Assembly: GCF_964355755.1 (NCBI RefSeq)
Contig: NC_092677.1
Coordinates: 5,540,101 to 5,604,100 of the forward strand
Direction: 5' to 3'
Source of the DNA: Antedon mediterranea
Taxonomy: Eukaryota; Animalia; Echinodermata
Length of the DNA: 64,000 nucleotides
The translations under genes were made by a program, and so were the position numbers. How positions within the stretch are numbered: the first letter of the stretch is position 1; each line of letters begins with the position of its first letter. Below the pieces are notes generated by a model. That model was not told the DNA's origin. It searched no databases and saw only the letters and a list, made by a program, of their open reading frames with translations. Of this stretch, positions 33,921 through 46,826 are shown one piece after another.

Positions 33921-36900
33921 GATTTTTATAGCGCACATACCACTCCAGAGTGCTCAAGGCACTCAACCACGGTTGTCTGGTTCTGTAGACTTGTAATTTC
34001 GTTTCATATATCAATCAATGTAAAATTGCAATTTCCCGGGACCTAGCAGCTCTATTTTTCAAAAATGTCCTTACAGATCAGCCCAAGGCGCGCATTTACA
34101 TTTTTGCACCCAGACAGCAACCAGCCTACGTTCGCGTATATTTTTTATGCTACAATTTACCCGATAAATGTAGGCATATTTTGAACTTTAAAGGTCCTTC
34201 ATTTTTAAAATTTAAAGATGGATTGACACAGTCATCGCATCGGACCGGACCTCGTGCAATGTGTTTTCACGCAGTATTTTATTTATATGTTATAAAATAT
34301 GGAAAAAATGGCTACCCTAAATCTGATTAAAATGGCCTCTGATTAAAATGACGCTAGAACGCATTGCTTCCGGGGGATTCTCCCTCTGGACTCCCACCGG
34401 GGCCGCCTGGTCCCCCAGCCTAGTAATGCTCGCTTCGCTCGTATAGCCTCTTCGTTGGGGAATTTAGCCCCCGCGTCGAGAAGATCCTGGCACCACCGCT
34501 TTTAATTCAAATGTAATGCTTACCGCTTGATGTATGCGTGCAACTTCCCGAGTTATATGCTGTAGCCGTGTTGCCGTCTATGGCACGTTCAGGTGAACCT
34601 CCAGAAGCTATACTTGACTGTGAAACTGGTTTTCCTTGTAGATTCAACTCGATATTACCTGACATTGATTATAACACGTATTTAAAAAAGGATACATAAC
34701 AATGGCCAATTGTGTTTGTAACTGTTTGTTCTTAATTGTTGTCTCTTCGTTTATTTTGTAGGCCCAGTCCTTCATCTCTCGTTTACATAATGGGTAACTC
34801 AGTCTCAGTCTGTCAGTAAAAGTACAAATCATTCTCATGCTAAAGCGCACGGACGCAACTCAAAAACGCAAGCCCAGCACAAGTAATTGATCAATCACGA
34901 CGAAGCCTAATGGTACGTATCATATCATATTATTGACTTGATCTAAGTTCGTAACGCACTGTATCTACGATAGGCCTACAATGTTTTTCCGAAGTATGGC
35001 ACACCATTCGTGCCAAATTCTTAACTGATTGCAAAGTATAGTTTTATTTTTTTGTGTAGGCCTAATCATTACATGTATGTGGCAATGTCTATGAATTGAA
35101 TAAATTTGCAATTACTGATGCATTTAGTAACTCTATGTCCCATGTTTTTAAAATGATAGGACTATTGTTTCTGTACATGCAATGGAAATATAATTATCAC
35201 TATATATGATGCATGGAAAAATTTTATGGAGCTCCAAAGTTGCTTAATCCTGTAATTATACATACAATACAAACTGCCTCATAATATTACAAAAACTAAA
35301 GTCCTCTCAACCGTTCCTGGATATTTCAAAAGTTTAAAGGCTCTCTCAACAAAGATCTAAGAGCTAAACTCCTACACTACTAGGGCCTACAAGTTCGAAA
35401 CCTGACTGACTGTTAAAGGGAAATCCATCGTTATAAGCTTACAGGCTTTTGACAGATAGATCAGTGGTAGTCTCCTGCAGATAATATCAGAATACAGCTT
35501 TTGACTGATAAGCCTAATTCCTCACAGTAGGCCTATCTCTGCAGGAAAAATGCAAACTTGTTGTATATTTACCATTTCCCCAATTCTCGGAAGTTTCTGA
35601 GCTGCTGTACATAAAACACGGGTAAATATCGCAGCGTTCCCAATCGCAAGGCATAATATCAATTGTTCTTACAACAAACCATCCATTGACAACGTTACAG
35701 CCACCGTAGTTTTTATTGATGAACCATCGTCTGTCGGCAAAGCTGTATGCGGAAGTAAACAAAGTCATCTATATTGTTTAAAAATCGTAAATCAATGATT
35801 TTTGTCTTACAGACATACTGTATCTATGACTTGAGAGTTGCTTAAAGCGATGAGATAACATTCGTGATAGAACAGGCACCACATGACTTGTGATACTAGA
35901 TTGTTGTTGTATACATCGCTGGAATCGGGTACTGAATAAACCATGGCTATAACACTGTTTTGTAGGATGATTAAAGGTATTTTACTGTAGAATAGTGTAA
36001 TTCTGTCTATGTAATTTTCACATAAAGCTTAGTTTGAGAATATATTAAATAAATCAATTGTACTTACGAGTTAACGTGACCGTCTACGCTAAAATAGTTT
36101 GTTTCAGAATCTGGTAGGTCATTCCAGGGCGAGCTTAATAACCTTTCTTTCTGGAAAAAGCTCTTGTAATCCGAACCAGCGCCATTAAAATAGAGTGCAG
36201 TTTGCCCCGAATCATCATATAGTGCTACCTTTACCTAAAAATAAAACAGACCACTAACTTTAAACTTCATTTAAATGAGTGGCCAAGCGGTTAAGACAGT
36301 GGAATCGTAATACCTTGCAAGGGCAAGGGTTCGAGTCTCACTCTCTCCATGGTTCTGGTGGTAGAACGAGTCTTATCGGATAAGGACTATAAACCGTAGG
36401 TCCAGTGTACACATCTGGCTCAAGTGCACTTTAAAGAACCTAGTATTTGTCAGAAATTTGTATGATTTATTTCTTTTTTATTTTTAAATGCGCCTTGAGC
36501 ACTCTGGAGTGGTATGTGCGCTATAAAAATCTTATTATTATTATTATTATTATTATTACATCTTTCGAGCACCAAATTTGAGAGTCTCCAAAAGCTCAGT
36601 GGAAGACAAGCGCTGTGATCTTATAAAAGCTTGTTTACCTGAACGACAACGAATGATGACAAATGAAAATATATATACGTTTTCAAAAGAAAACAAAAGC
36701 AACCTCAACATAAAATTATACTGTCTTCAATAAAAATTGTATTTTAATTCGTCGATCAGTAAGAACAATAACATTGATATAATACAACAATTTGTTCTCA
36801 GGTCATGGCGTCATTTGAGTGGACTTTTGAATTTAATATATGTAGTAATTATTAATTGTGTTGCCAAACCTTTTGTATACCGGTTGAATTCCAGTTTCCG

Positions 36901-39900
36901 AGCAAAGGGTTTACAAAACCTCGCCTATGTGCTAGGTCTAGGCTCATTGCCTCGTATTCGCCATCTCTATACGCTTTACCTGATTCGTAAAGCTCAGTAA
37001 TATTTGAAGTCACTTGAGAAACTGCTTTAAAAATGAGTTCCCATTCTGATGATTATACAAATAATGAAGATTATATAACTGAAATATGAAAATTATCTAA
37101 ATAAATTGCAAAACACAAAGTTAGAGTTTAAGGTTACACAAATTTGTGTCAATATGCCTATTAAGTCGGCCCTAAACCATCTTGGCCAAAGTCAAGTCAG
37201 CCCCATTAGGCCTATGTGATTATTTTTCTTGTTATTACCTGAAGAGTAGCTGCCCCATATAGCGGAAACATCTTGTGAAAAGAATTCTTCCAAATAACTA
37301 TCAATATTGTTTTCATATCCATCGAGTAGAGCCCCTCCTAGCATGTCACAGCCGGTGAAGGCTTTTCCCCATGACATAGTATATCCCTGAAGATTACCAT
37401 AAATTGTTTGATTAGACTTCTTCCATTTTGAATCTGTGAAAAAAAAGCTTTTCATCTAGTCGAGTGTTTGTAGTGTTGTAGCTATGCAATTAATACCGGT
37501 CAATGAACTCTTTTTCTTTCGGATTAAATACTTAAATCGGAGGTCCAGTGTATGCATAATCATGGCTAGTGTAGACATAGAACCCGAAATATCTTTCGAA
37601 AGAGTACGAGTTTACCCCGGTTTACCGGTTCATCTCAGCCCATGTCGTTATGGACAGACAAACAGCATTATAATTCTTCAGTTCATGAAAACGAAAGATA
37701 AGTTGTAGGCCTATTATTAGTAGAATTTGTAACATGCAGTTGTTGAAGATAATTGAAGAAGTGAAGCATGTTTGATACTTACAGTAGCATCCAATGATCT
37801 CAAATCGCAAAGCCATGGCATTATGCCAAGAAACTGGGTGAATGCGTACATATCGTGTAAGAGTAGCATTTGGAATTATATTTGTTACTGGAGTGTCAGC
37901 GTCAGTATTGCCTTCAAACACCTGTGGTATGAAGTATAATTATTTTTAAAATACATCTTTTACTGATATTTGAAAGAACAAATGAATATTAAAGCTGAAC
38001 AATGCAAATCCTTGTTAGCATTTCAATCAGAACAGAGACATCTTGAGAAGTAAGAGAATAAAAAAGACGGCAGATTAACACGTATATGGCATAAGAGGAC
38101 GAAAGTTAAACCACAAGGACAGTAAATATGGCAGATATAAAGATGGCAGATATTGCACATATACAAAGACGGCAGTTATGGCACATATACGAAGACAATA
38201 GCTATGCCACACAAGACGGCAGATATGACCCGTAAGAAGACTGCCAATATGTCCCATGAGAAGACGGCAGATAAGAAGACAACATATATTGCACAGAATA
38301 AGACGGAAGCCGCAGTTATGGGACAAATGAGGACGGCAAATATGGCACGTAAGAAGAAGATAGTTATGGCACATATTATGATTATTCTTATTAAGAAGAC
38401 GTCGGCACAGAAGCAAACGGAAAATAAGAGGACAGCATATATGACATAGAAGAAGACAGCAGATAATGCACATAAGAAGACGGCAAATAATAGCACATAA
38501 GAAGACGGCAAATAATAGCACATAAGGAGACGACAAACATAGCACACAAAAAGGCAGCAGATATGGCACAGAATAGGACCACATATGGCACAAAAGAAGA
38601 CATCAGACACGATAGTATAACAGAATTGTCCAAACCTTTGAATTCCCTTCATTGTCGAAAATGGCGTCCCATTCGATTCCATTCATGCTGAACAAGATCT
38701 CAAACTCAGTAACCCATTTATTTCCGTCATGTTTTCCTTGTGTCACCACCCCAGTAATAACTTTAAGCCAGCCCAAATTGACTTGAATCCATTGATTTGT
38801 GTTACTGTTTAGAGGCTGCCATCCTCCCTCTGCATTTTCTATATTCTGTGAGTTCAGGCGCGCGCGATGCTGATTTGTCCCAAGCTGTTTAACAGAAGAA
38901 GCCTGTATGGAATAGTCTTGTATTTCGTAAGATTCCATTCCCATTGGTTCCTCACAAGTTATGACGTTAATAACTTGGTTTTCTGAAACTAAAACAGGCA
39001 AAAATAACTATAGCCAATATTTGTTATTGTTATGTACCTAGCACTATTAAAAAAAAACTCGCCTTACAATTTCAGTGTTTTGGGTTAAAGCCTACTAGGC
39101 CAGATATTCAGGAGAATCAAACATTTCTGATTTTTAAGTAGCTGTGAGAACATAGCTCTCGCTAGGTTGTAATAGCTAAGTATGAAGGTAATGCATGTAC
39201 ATTTGTGTGTAATTTGCCAAATTGATAGAAGTGGATAATACTCTACACCATTAGATGGCGTCGTGACGTCTTCTGGAGGAAGTTGCGTAGCTTTAATTTA
39301 AGTAGATGATTCCATTCGGTTTATATGTTTACTTTATTTTTCAAATTAAATTTGTGATTTCAAATTATGGCTGCACACTGATTCTTGAATACACACTTAC
39401 TTGGTTCTTGTGTTAGTTGGATTGTGGTTGATTCTTTGGTGGTGGGGTTAGTGGTGGTCTTGGTGGTGCTGCTGGTAGTTGTAGCAGTCGTTGTAGGAGC
39501 AGTAGTTGTAGCAGTGGTTGTAGGAGCAGTAATTGTAGCAGTGGTTGTAGGAGCAGTAGTTGTAGCAGTGGTTGTAGCAGTGGTTGTAGGAGCAGTAGTT
39601 GTAGCAGTGGTTGTAGGAGCAGTAGTTGTAGCAGTCGTTGTACGAATAGTAGTAGTGCTAGCAACAGTAGTAGCCACAGCTGTTCATTACAAATATTCAA
39701 ATCATCAGATAAAGTAAATTTTGTTTTTTAAACTTCATAATGCATCTCTGGTTTTTCTAAGCTGGTTCCTACTCAATGAAGCAAAATGATATTATTATTG
39801 CAAATATCACACGCGACTTATTATATGAACGTTTACTAATATTTTGTAACATCTAAAACTCTGTCTACATACATGTCTGTAATACATATATACATAAAGT

Positions 39901-42900
39901 TTGATAGTGTAAACAGAACTTAACACTGCGTGCAGCATTTAACAGTACCCACCAATCACCGCTGAAAGTATTTCGCGGCAATGACGATTTACCGTACACA
40001 CACAAATTGCGCATTGTTTGTGATACATAATTATAGAATCTAGTGTCTGACGCCGATATAAAAAAAAAAACCAAACCAAACTCATAGGCATGCGCACAAT
40101 AAATAAACTGACACCATACTTCATTGCAATTCAAAAGCTCCTTAATATTGTACTTATGACTTACCATCGCATCCAAGAATTTCAAATCTGAGACATATGT
40201 GACTTCGCCAAGTAAGTGGATTTATACGAACGTATTGGGCATTTACGGCCGACGGTAGCATATTCGTAACTTCAGTGTTTCGATCTGAATTGCCATTGAA
40301 AATCTTTAAGAAAACGTAATTCATTTAGATAAAAGCAAAACTAATTTAGACTATATAAGTTCGAAAAAATATCGTCAAAATATATAAGTGGTATGACAAC
40401 ATCGTGTCCATAATTATGTGGGCACACAACATTTTTTTTGTCACACAAAGTTTGATAGTGTTTTGTCATATTTTGTTGATATTTATTTTTAGTCTCACTA
40501 TGTCGGTCGGTTGGTTGGTTGGTCGGTCTGTCTGTCAGCTGGTCGGTCGGTAAACACTAACTCAAATTTGTGCACCCGTCTGCAGCCATGTTTATGGCCT
40601 TGTTGCTTGATAATAAAGGTGAATGCATACATGAACCATGGGTTAACTATTTGAAAGTTGAATTACGGTAATGATGTTTGTCAGGTACCAATCAGAAGAA
40701 TACGAGTTGTTTGGCAATTTGTTTATCACTCTGTGGATAATAATTATTTCTTTACCTAACCTGTAGTAGAAGTGTACTAGTAGTGGTGACGTAGTTCAGT
40801 GACAATGTGCAGGATTGCCACTTTCTGCTACTTTGTCAATTCCCGTTAAAATTATATAAAGTAAATAACTTACAATCACTGCATCATTGTCATCAGTTAT
40901 ATCTACAAAGTTGGTGCCGTCAACGCTATAAAGAACTCCGTACGTCTTCACATATTTATTTCTATCACTTCTACCTTGTGTGATGACGCCGCTTATTTGT
41001 TTCAGAACACCAAAGTCAACCTGTATCCATTGGTTTGTGCTTGCGACACCTGAACACCAGGCACCATCGCCTTCACTGTCCGCTTGTGTATTTAATCTTC
41101 CACGTTCAGTTCTGTATTCACTGGCGTATTCACCAGATGATGATAAGTCTTGTGAAGGTATTGTGCCATCTTCAACTCCAAGTTTACTTGTGCAAGAACC
41201 TAAAAAAGAAACATGATTATATATCAGTTATATAAGCCTATGTCAACTAATATTACCTTTGTAGCACTTTAGATGTTTCTCATTCGGAGGATATTCGTGA
41301 AAATAACTAAAACAATATAGTATTATTAGATGTTCTTGATCCTGGAGCATGGATTACGTTTAAGTTTTATGCTTACGTTTTTAAAAACCTTGTTTTTTAT
41401 GTTTTCCTGTTTTTTTATGTTTTCCTGTTTTTTACGTGTTTCTTAAAAATTTCTTAACAAATTGAACCAGTAGCTAATAATCAACAGGTTACATAATAAA
41501 GAAGATTGGATGCTTTAGTTGGATATGAGCCGAGCTTTCGATGACTGGGCCGATTCTGTATTTCACTGACTAAGTTTAGTATTTTGATCTAGAACCAATG
41601 TGCCTAGGATTTATAGTTTCTAATAATAATACAAAAATTAACACAATAATCAAGCACTGTTACTGGTGTCTCAGCGCTAAAAGACCAAAATAGTTATTGA
41701 AATAAGTGAGGTCTTCGAAGTTGCTTAAGGGATTGACTGGTGTTTAGCAAAAACGCATTTGGATTAGATGAAAGGATTTTGGAAAAGCCCGTAAAGAGCA
41801 TCTATTTCAGAGCGTCGTTCACCATTTTGTGTTGGGATAAAATTAGATAATATCATTTAGACTTTGTAATGATGCTGCGTCATTTTTTAGTCGCGTGCAA
41901 CGTGACTTTACAGCTCACTATGTCGGTCGGTTGGTCGGTAAACACTAAACACGCGACTGCAGCCATGTACATGGCCTTGTTTCAATGGTTTCAATGTGTA
42001 CCTGCACAATTTGCACCTGGTTCTCCTACGTCACATAACTCCCATCTAAGATTGCTATCAGTAGTATAACACCATGCGGTTGGCTCTCCATCTGGATTTC
42101 GACATGAATTGTGAGCGCCTAAGCCTGTTCCGGGGTAGTTCTGCTCGGTTATCGAGTGCGAGTGTGGATACGCGACGTCCCATGCTTGACATGTTCTGCC
42201 GTTTATTGTTGTGCTTACAGAACCTCTGTAATCCGAAGCATCTTAGTAGAGCAGTTAAGGCCATAAAAATAGCCAAGTTGTGCACTTTATTACCAAAGCA
42301 TGAAACTTGCCACAAAGTTTCTTTGATGTATATAGATTCAAAATATCGGGGGGGTGCCAAGTGTCCAACGTCCGGTATGGCGGCCATCTTGATTTCAAAA
42401 TGGCCACCATAAAAACAAAAAGTGTTCATATCTTGGCAACTATAAACAGTAGAGACTTGATTCTGGTGTTAAATTGTTCACAAACCACATATTTCTATTT
42501 GCCCTAATGAAAAGTTTCGTCAAAAAATGACCGGAAATGACGTTTCTTCCAGTTCGACCTTTGACCTCTTATCTGTATTTCTCAGTAACTACTGATCATT
42601 TTCAATCGATTTTGGTGTCATTTTGTTCAGAATAGAGACATTTATATTTGTAGTAATGAAACATTTTCACATAAAATGACTGGAAATACAATTTATAACC
42701 TTTGACATATTTAATTATGTGAACATACTGTATGTGGTTTACATTGGTATAAATGCACCTAATTTGTTTTACCGAAATAAATGACACTTAATGCAAAAAT
42801 GACCAGGAATTTATTATTCTGAATTTTTGACTTTTGATGTGATAGGATAGGCGTAAAGTATGACAGATCACTGAGAAACAGCAATCACTGAGCTCATGCC

Positions 42901-45900
42901 GACTTGTTTGCTATAAACTGTGATGTGTCAATCGTTATATAAAAGTGTTGGTCCTCTCTCCTTCATCTTTTCTTTTTTTTTGTAATGTATTATACCATAT
43001 GGACAATTGTCTGAAATAAAAGTTGAATTGAATTGTTAGATGCCATTTGGAAATATTTTTGATGTAAAGTAGCATTCTTTCGTTGGCCTCTTTGATGTTG
43101 CATATGAGACAAGTTCGGAAAGTTCTCATTTTCATGAGTTAAGAGAACACCGTCTTTCAAAGTACTTACTACAGTAGACCTACTTTCATTAGTCAGAAAC
43201 TCAGATAATTCTTGGTCATTTTCGTTGCATCTAAACAAATGTACTCAATTTTTATGGTAATAGCCTTTGCTGTAAACCATCTGAATCCTTTTCCTCGATT
43301 TTCTCTAGTCATTGATTTTTTAGCAAAATCCGAACCAAATCAATTCGTAAAAGGCATCTCAATATAATTATTCAAGTAATCCTCAAATTAGTGACATGGA
43401 CCTACAATATACTGTTCTGTACAAGACCTTTTTAGGCATCCACCTGTGGACTTTCACTTTGAAGGTCTTCATGGTCTCCTAATCATACAAGAAACAATGT
43501 CTGATTTAATCAATCAAAGTAGTGGGTCCAGACCATCCACAGTCAAAGAAGGGGTATAAGACCATCCACAGACAAAGAAGGGGGTGTAAGACCATCCACA
43601 CACAAAGAAGGGGGTATAAGACCATCCACAGACAAAGAAAGGGGAAGGCCATCTACAGAAAAAGAAGGGGGTGTAGGACCATCCACAGACAAAGAAGGGG
43701 GTGTAAGACCATCCACAGACAAAGAAGGGGGTATAGGACCACTTACAGACAAAGAAGGGGGTATAAGACCATCCACAGAAAAAGAAGGGGGGGGGGGTGT
43801 AAGACCATCCACAGACAAAGAAGGTGGTGTAAGACCATCCACACACAAAGAAGGGGGTATAAGACCATCCACAGACAAAGAAAGGGGTGTAAGGCCATCT
43901 ACAGACAAAGAAGGGGGTGTAGGACCATCCACAGACAAAGAAGGGGGTGTAAGACCATCCACAGACAAAGAAGGGGGTGTAAGACCATCCACAGACAAAG
44001 AAGGGGGCGTAGGACCCTCCACAGACAAAGAAGGGGGTGTAAGACCATTCACTGACAAAGAAGGGGGTATAGAACCACTTACAGACAAAGAAGGGGGTAT
44101 AAGACCATCCACAGACAAAGAAGGTGGTGTAGGACCATCCACAGACAAAGAAGGGGGTTTAGGACCATCCACAGACAAACAAGGGGATGTAGGACCATCC
44201 ACAGACAAAGAAGGGGGTATAAGACCATCCACAGACAAAGAAGGGGTATAAGACCATCGACAGAGAAAGAAGGGGGTGTAACTGTAAGACCATCCACAGA
44301 CAAAGAAGGGGTGCAAGACCATCCACACACAAAGAAAAAGGTGTAAGACCATCCACACACAAAAAAAGGGTGTAATACCATCAACAGGCAAAGAAGGGGG
44401 TATAATACCGTCCACAGATAAAGAAAGGGGTGTAAGACCATCCACAGACAAAGAAGGGGGTGTAGGACCGTCCACAGACAAAGAAGGGGGTGTAAGACCA
44501 TCCACTGACAAAGAAAGGGTATAGGACCACTTACAGACAAAGAAGGGGGTTTAAGACCATCCACAGACAATTAGAAGGGGGTGTAGGACCATCCACAGAC
44601 AAAGAAGGAAGTGTAGGACCATCCACAGACAAAGAAGGGGTGGAAGACCATCTACATACAAAGAAAGGGGTGTAAGACCATCCACACACAAAGAAAGGGG
44701 TGTAATACCATCAACACGCACAGAAGGGGGTGTAAGACCATCCACAGACAAAGAAGGGGGTATAAGACCATCCACAGACAAAGAATGGGGTATAAGACCA
44801 TCCACAGACAAAGAATGGGGTATAAGACCATCTACAGACAAAGAAGAAGGAGTAGGACCATATTAACCGAGGAAGCATACAAAAAGAAGATACAATCAAA
44901 ATACCACTTGGAAAACAATAAATTGTAGAATAACTGAGGCTTGATTGTTGAAATATAAAGGGTTCTTTGTAAGGTCATTAATAATATATTGATATAAACA
45001 CGATCATCATACTTTTCATTTGACATTCAAATACAGTCTATCTCGAAAAGAAGCTCATACTATCACCTTTTCGAGGTTTTACGGTATTCCATAACATGTA
45101 TGTTATTTCCTCTGTCAAACTATTAAAACTTTTAGCGAATCAGAAGGTGCCAACATCATTGAACTAATGGTACCACCAAGCACAATGTTTACCAATTTTA
45201 TGTACTATATACAATTTAAGTCCATTAATCATTTAATATAATTACGCCTATCAGGTCAAAGTTCAAAGACCAACAAAAACCACATACAGTATATTCACCT
45301 AATTAAAAATCAATAAATAAATGTCAAACGTCATAAATTGTATTTCCGATCATTTTATGTGAAAATGTTTCATTACTACAAATATAAATGTATTTATTCT
45401 GAACAAAATGACACCAAAATCGATTGAAAATGACCAGTAGTTACAGAGATATACAAATACGAGGTCAAAGGTCAAACTGAAAGAAACGTCATTTCCGGTC
45501 ATTTTTGGACGAAAATTTTTATTAGAGCAAATAGAAATATATAGTTTGTGAACAATTTGAGACCATAATTAAGTCTCTAATGTGTATAGTTGCCAAGATA
45601 TGAACATTTTTTGTTTTTATGGTGGCCATTTTGAATTCAAGATGGCCGCCATACCGGACGTTGGACGCTTGGCACCTCCCGATATTTTGAATCTAAATAC
45701 ATTAAAGAAACTTTGTGCCAAGTTTCATGCTTTGGTAATAAAATGCACAGCTCATGTCATTAACTGCTCTACTATCTCCCGTGTAGTAGCATTCTGAATG
45801 AGCAGATAGGTGAAAGATATATAACTTATATTAATCTATTTTTACCTATTCTTTCTTTTCATTGATAACGTTGAGATTCCAATGGAATTCATCAAGTTAA

Positions 45901-46826
45901 CAAGTCTAGGAGCCTAAATCTAAGCGACGACTATGAATTTGATGAATACGTGCCGGATCAAAATGCTTAGGCCTATATTCCTATTTTTCTTTGAGTATTT
46001 GTACTAGGTAGTAGGTAGTAGGCCTAGGTACTAGTTATTTCAACTTACCGGATGGCAGGTCCTGTCCAAATGTGACATAAGCGTACGTACAGTATACCAA
46101 GTCTGTTTAAAAGAGAAATTAAATTAAGCCTAAATTAAAATCTTTAAATTGTAAACCAAAATTAGTTTCAGCAGTGTTTTTCTGGCATCGTGTGACTATG
46201 TTGTTTTCTATTGCTTTAATATTAATAACAATAAACCTATTTTCTTTTTTCTTCTTTTTTTTCAAATCATTTTCAATGTTACAACGTTCTTATGGTTATT
46301 TTTAAAGATATAATTGAGAGGTTTTATTAGTTGCTTTATTAGGCTAATTAGCAATAGTTTTAATAACTTGATTATTATGTCGAATGGTTTTTTTTTATTA
46401 AATAAAAATTTCTAACTATAAACCTATTTTCTTTTTTCTTCTTTTTTTTTCAAATCATTGTCAATGTTACAACGTTCTTATGGTTGTTTTTAAAAGATAA
46501 AAATTAAAGATTTTATTAACTGCTTTATTAAGCTAATTTACAACAGTTTTAATAACTTGGTAATTATGTCGAATGGATTTTTAAAACATTTTCAATGTTA
46601 CAACGTTTTTATGGTTATTATTACAGATATAATTGAGAGCTTTTATTTATTATTAGGTTTATTAACAATAGTTTTAATAGCTTGATAATTATGTCAAACG
46701 GTTTTTTCTTTTAAATAAAATTTCCAACTATAAGCAGTTAGAAAGTTGGACATCGTTAACAAAAAGTAAATAAAACCAAAGTAATTATAAAGATAAATAA
46801 TACTTACATATATAAGTGAAAAACAT
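30760..46826 (-). CDS. Gene B, tandem paralog of gene A: SP-F5/8C-Thr-rich linker-F5/8C-nested CTLD/unknown/F-type lectin module-EGF-EGF (~930 aa, terminal exon unresolved)
   Basis: Exons: 46808-46826, 46049-46102 (MFFTYIYLVYCTYAYVTFGQDLPS), 40874-41199, 40165-40303, 39401-39679, 38636-38988, 37783-37921, 37239-37433, 36870-37045, 36068-36234, 35573-35742, 34524-34658, 33279-33350, 32626-32820, 32248-32298, 31427-31534, 31158-31268, 30760-30870. All GT-AG and phase-consistent. Candidate terminal acceptors near 30515 and 30275. Confidence 0.83.
36277..36445 (+). mobile_element. tRNA-head SINE with a Deu/Nin-domain-like core; partial relatives at ~37505-37645 and ~58890-59045
   Basis: A box TGGCCAAGCGG and B box GGTTCGAGTCT, then tcggataaggactataaaccgtaggtccagtgt...ttaaagaacc, which resembles the DeuSINE core as I recall it. 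Confidence 0.7.
36489..36558 (+). mobile_element. L2/SINE-type 3' tail with (ATT)n; near-identical inverted copy at 33887-33962
   Basis: gcgccttgagcactctggagtggtatgtgcgctataaaaatc(tta)n. Confidence 0.7.
38065..38610. repeat. Degenerate minisatellite orthologous to 7920-8930
   Basis: Repeated atggcaca/taagaagacggca motifs in the equivalent intron. Confidence 0.8.
39249..39313 (-). pseudogene. Truncated remnant of the linker exon homologous to gene A 9782-9865
   Basis: cttctggaggaagttgcgtag is shared with 9803-9823, but the exon start and original acceptor are missing. A cryptic in-frame AG at 39291-39292 could still give a 42-nt exon. Confidence 0.6.
39401..39679 (-). CDS. Gene B Thr-rich mucin-like linker exon (TTAPTTTA repeats)
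   Basis: 279-nt phase 1-1 exon; both ends match the 96-nt exon 16430-16525 of gene A. Confidence 0.85.
42244..45774. mobile_element. Academ-type DNA transposon derivative with long (~500 bp) TIRs
   Basis: Ends TAGTAGAGCAGTTAA / TTAACTGCTCTACTA, 3-bp TSD TCT (42241-43 and 45775-77), inverted arms ~42244-42780 vs ~45250-45774. TAG termini with a 3-bp TSD fit Academ. Confidence 0.82.
43529..44860. repeat. 30-bp minisatellite (aagaccatccacagacaaagaagggggtgt), about 44 copies, inside the Academ-type element
   Basis: Direct inspection; consecutive 60-nt lines are in register. Confidence 0.97.
46225..46735. repeat. ~165-190-bp unit, three tandem copies, in gene B intron 1
   Basis: tcaatgttacaacgtt.ttatggtt...taattatgtc.aa recurs at ~46272, ~46461 and ~46591. 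Confidence 0.85.

Noticed and set aside
38075-38682. Cys/Leu-rich ORFs (also 7828-8370) resembling metallothionein or membrane proteins
   Set aside because: Translations of a degenerate intronic minisatellite; frames are not conserved between paralogs.
39385-39717. Val-rich plus-strand ORF and Leu/Gln-rich ORF
   Set aside because: Antisense and alternate-frame shadows of the Thr-rich exon.
42058-42507. ORFs containing KMAAI, also 45582-45797
   Set aside because: Lie largely in the TIRs of the Academ-type element (aagatggcc motifs); not protein-like.
43514-44899. Long ORFs of 110-322 aa on both strands
   Set aside because: By-products of a 30-bp minisatellite inside a transposon; no splice or host-gene context.
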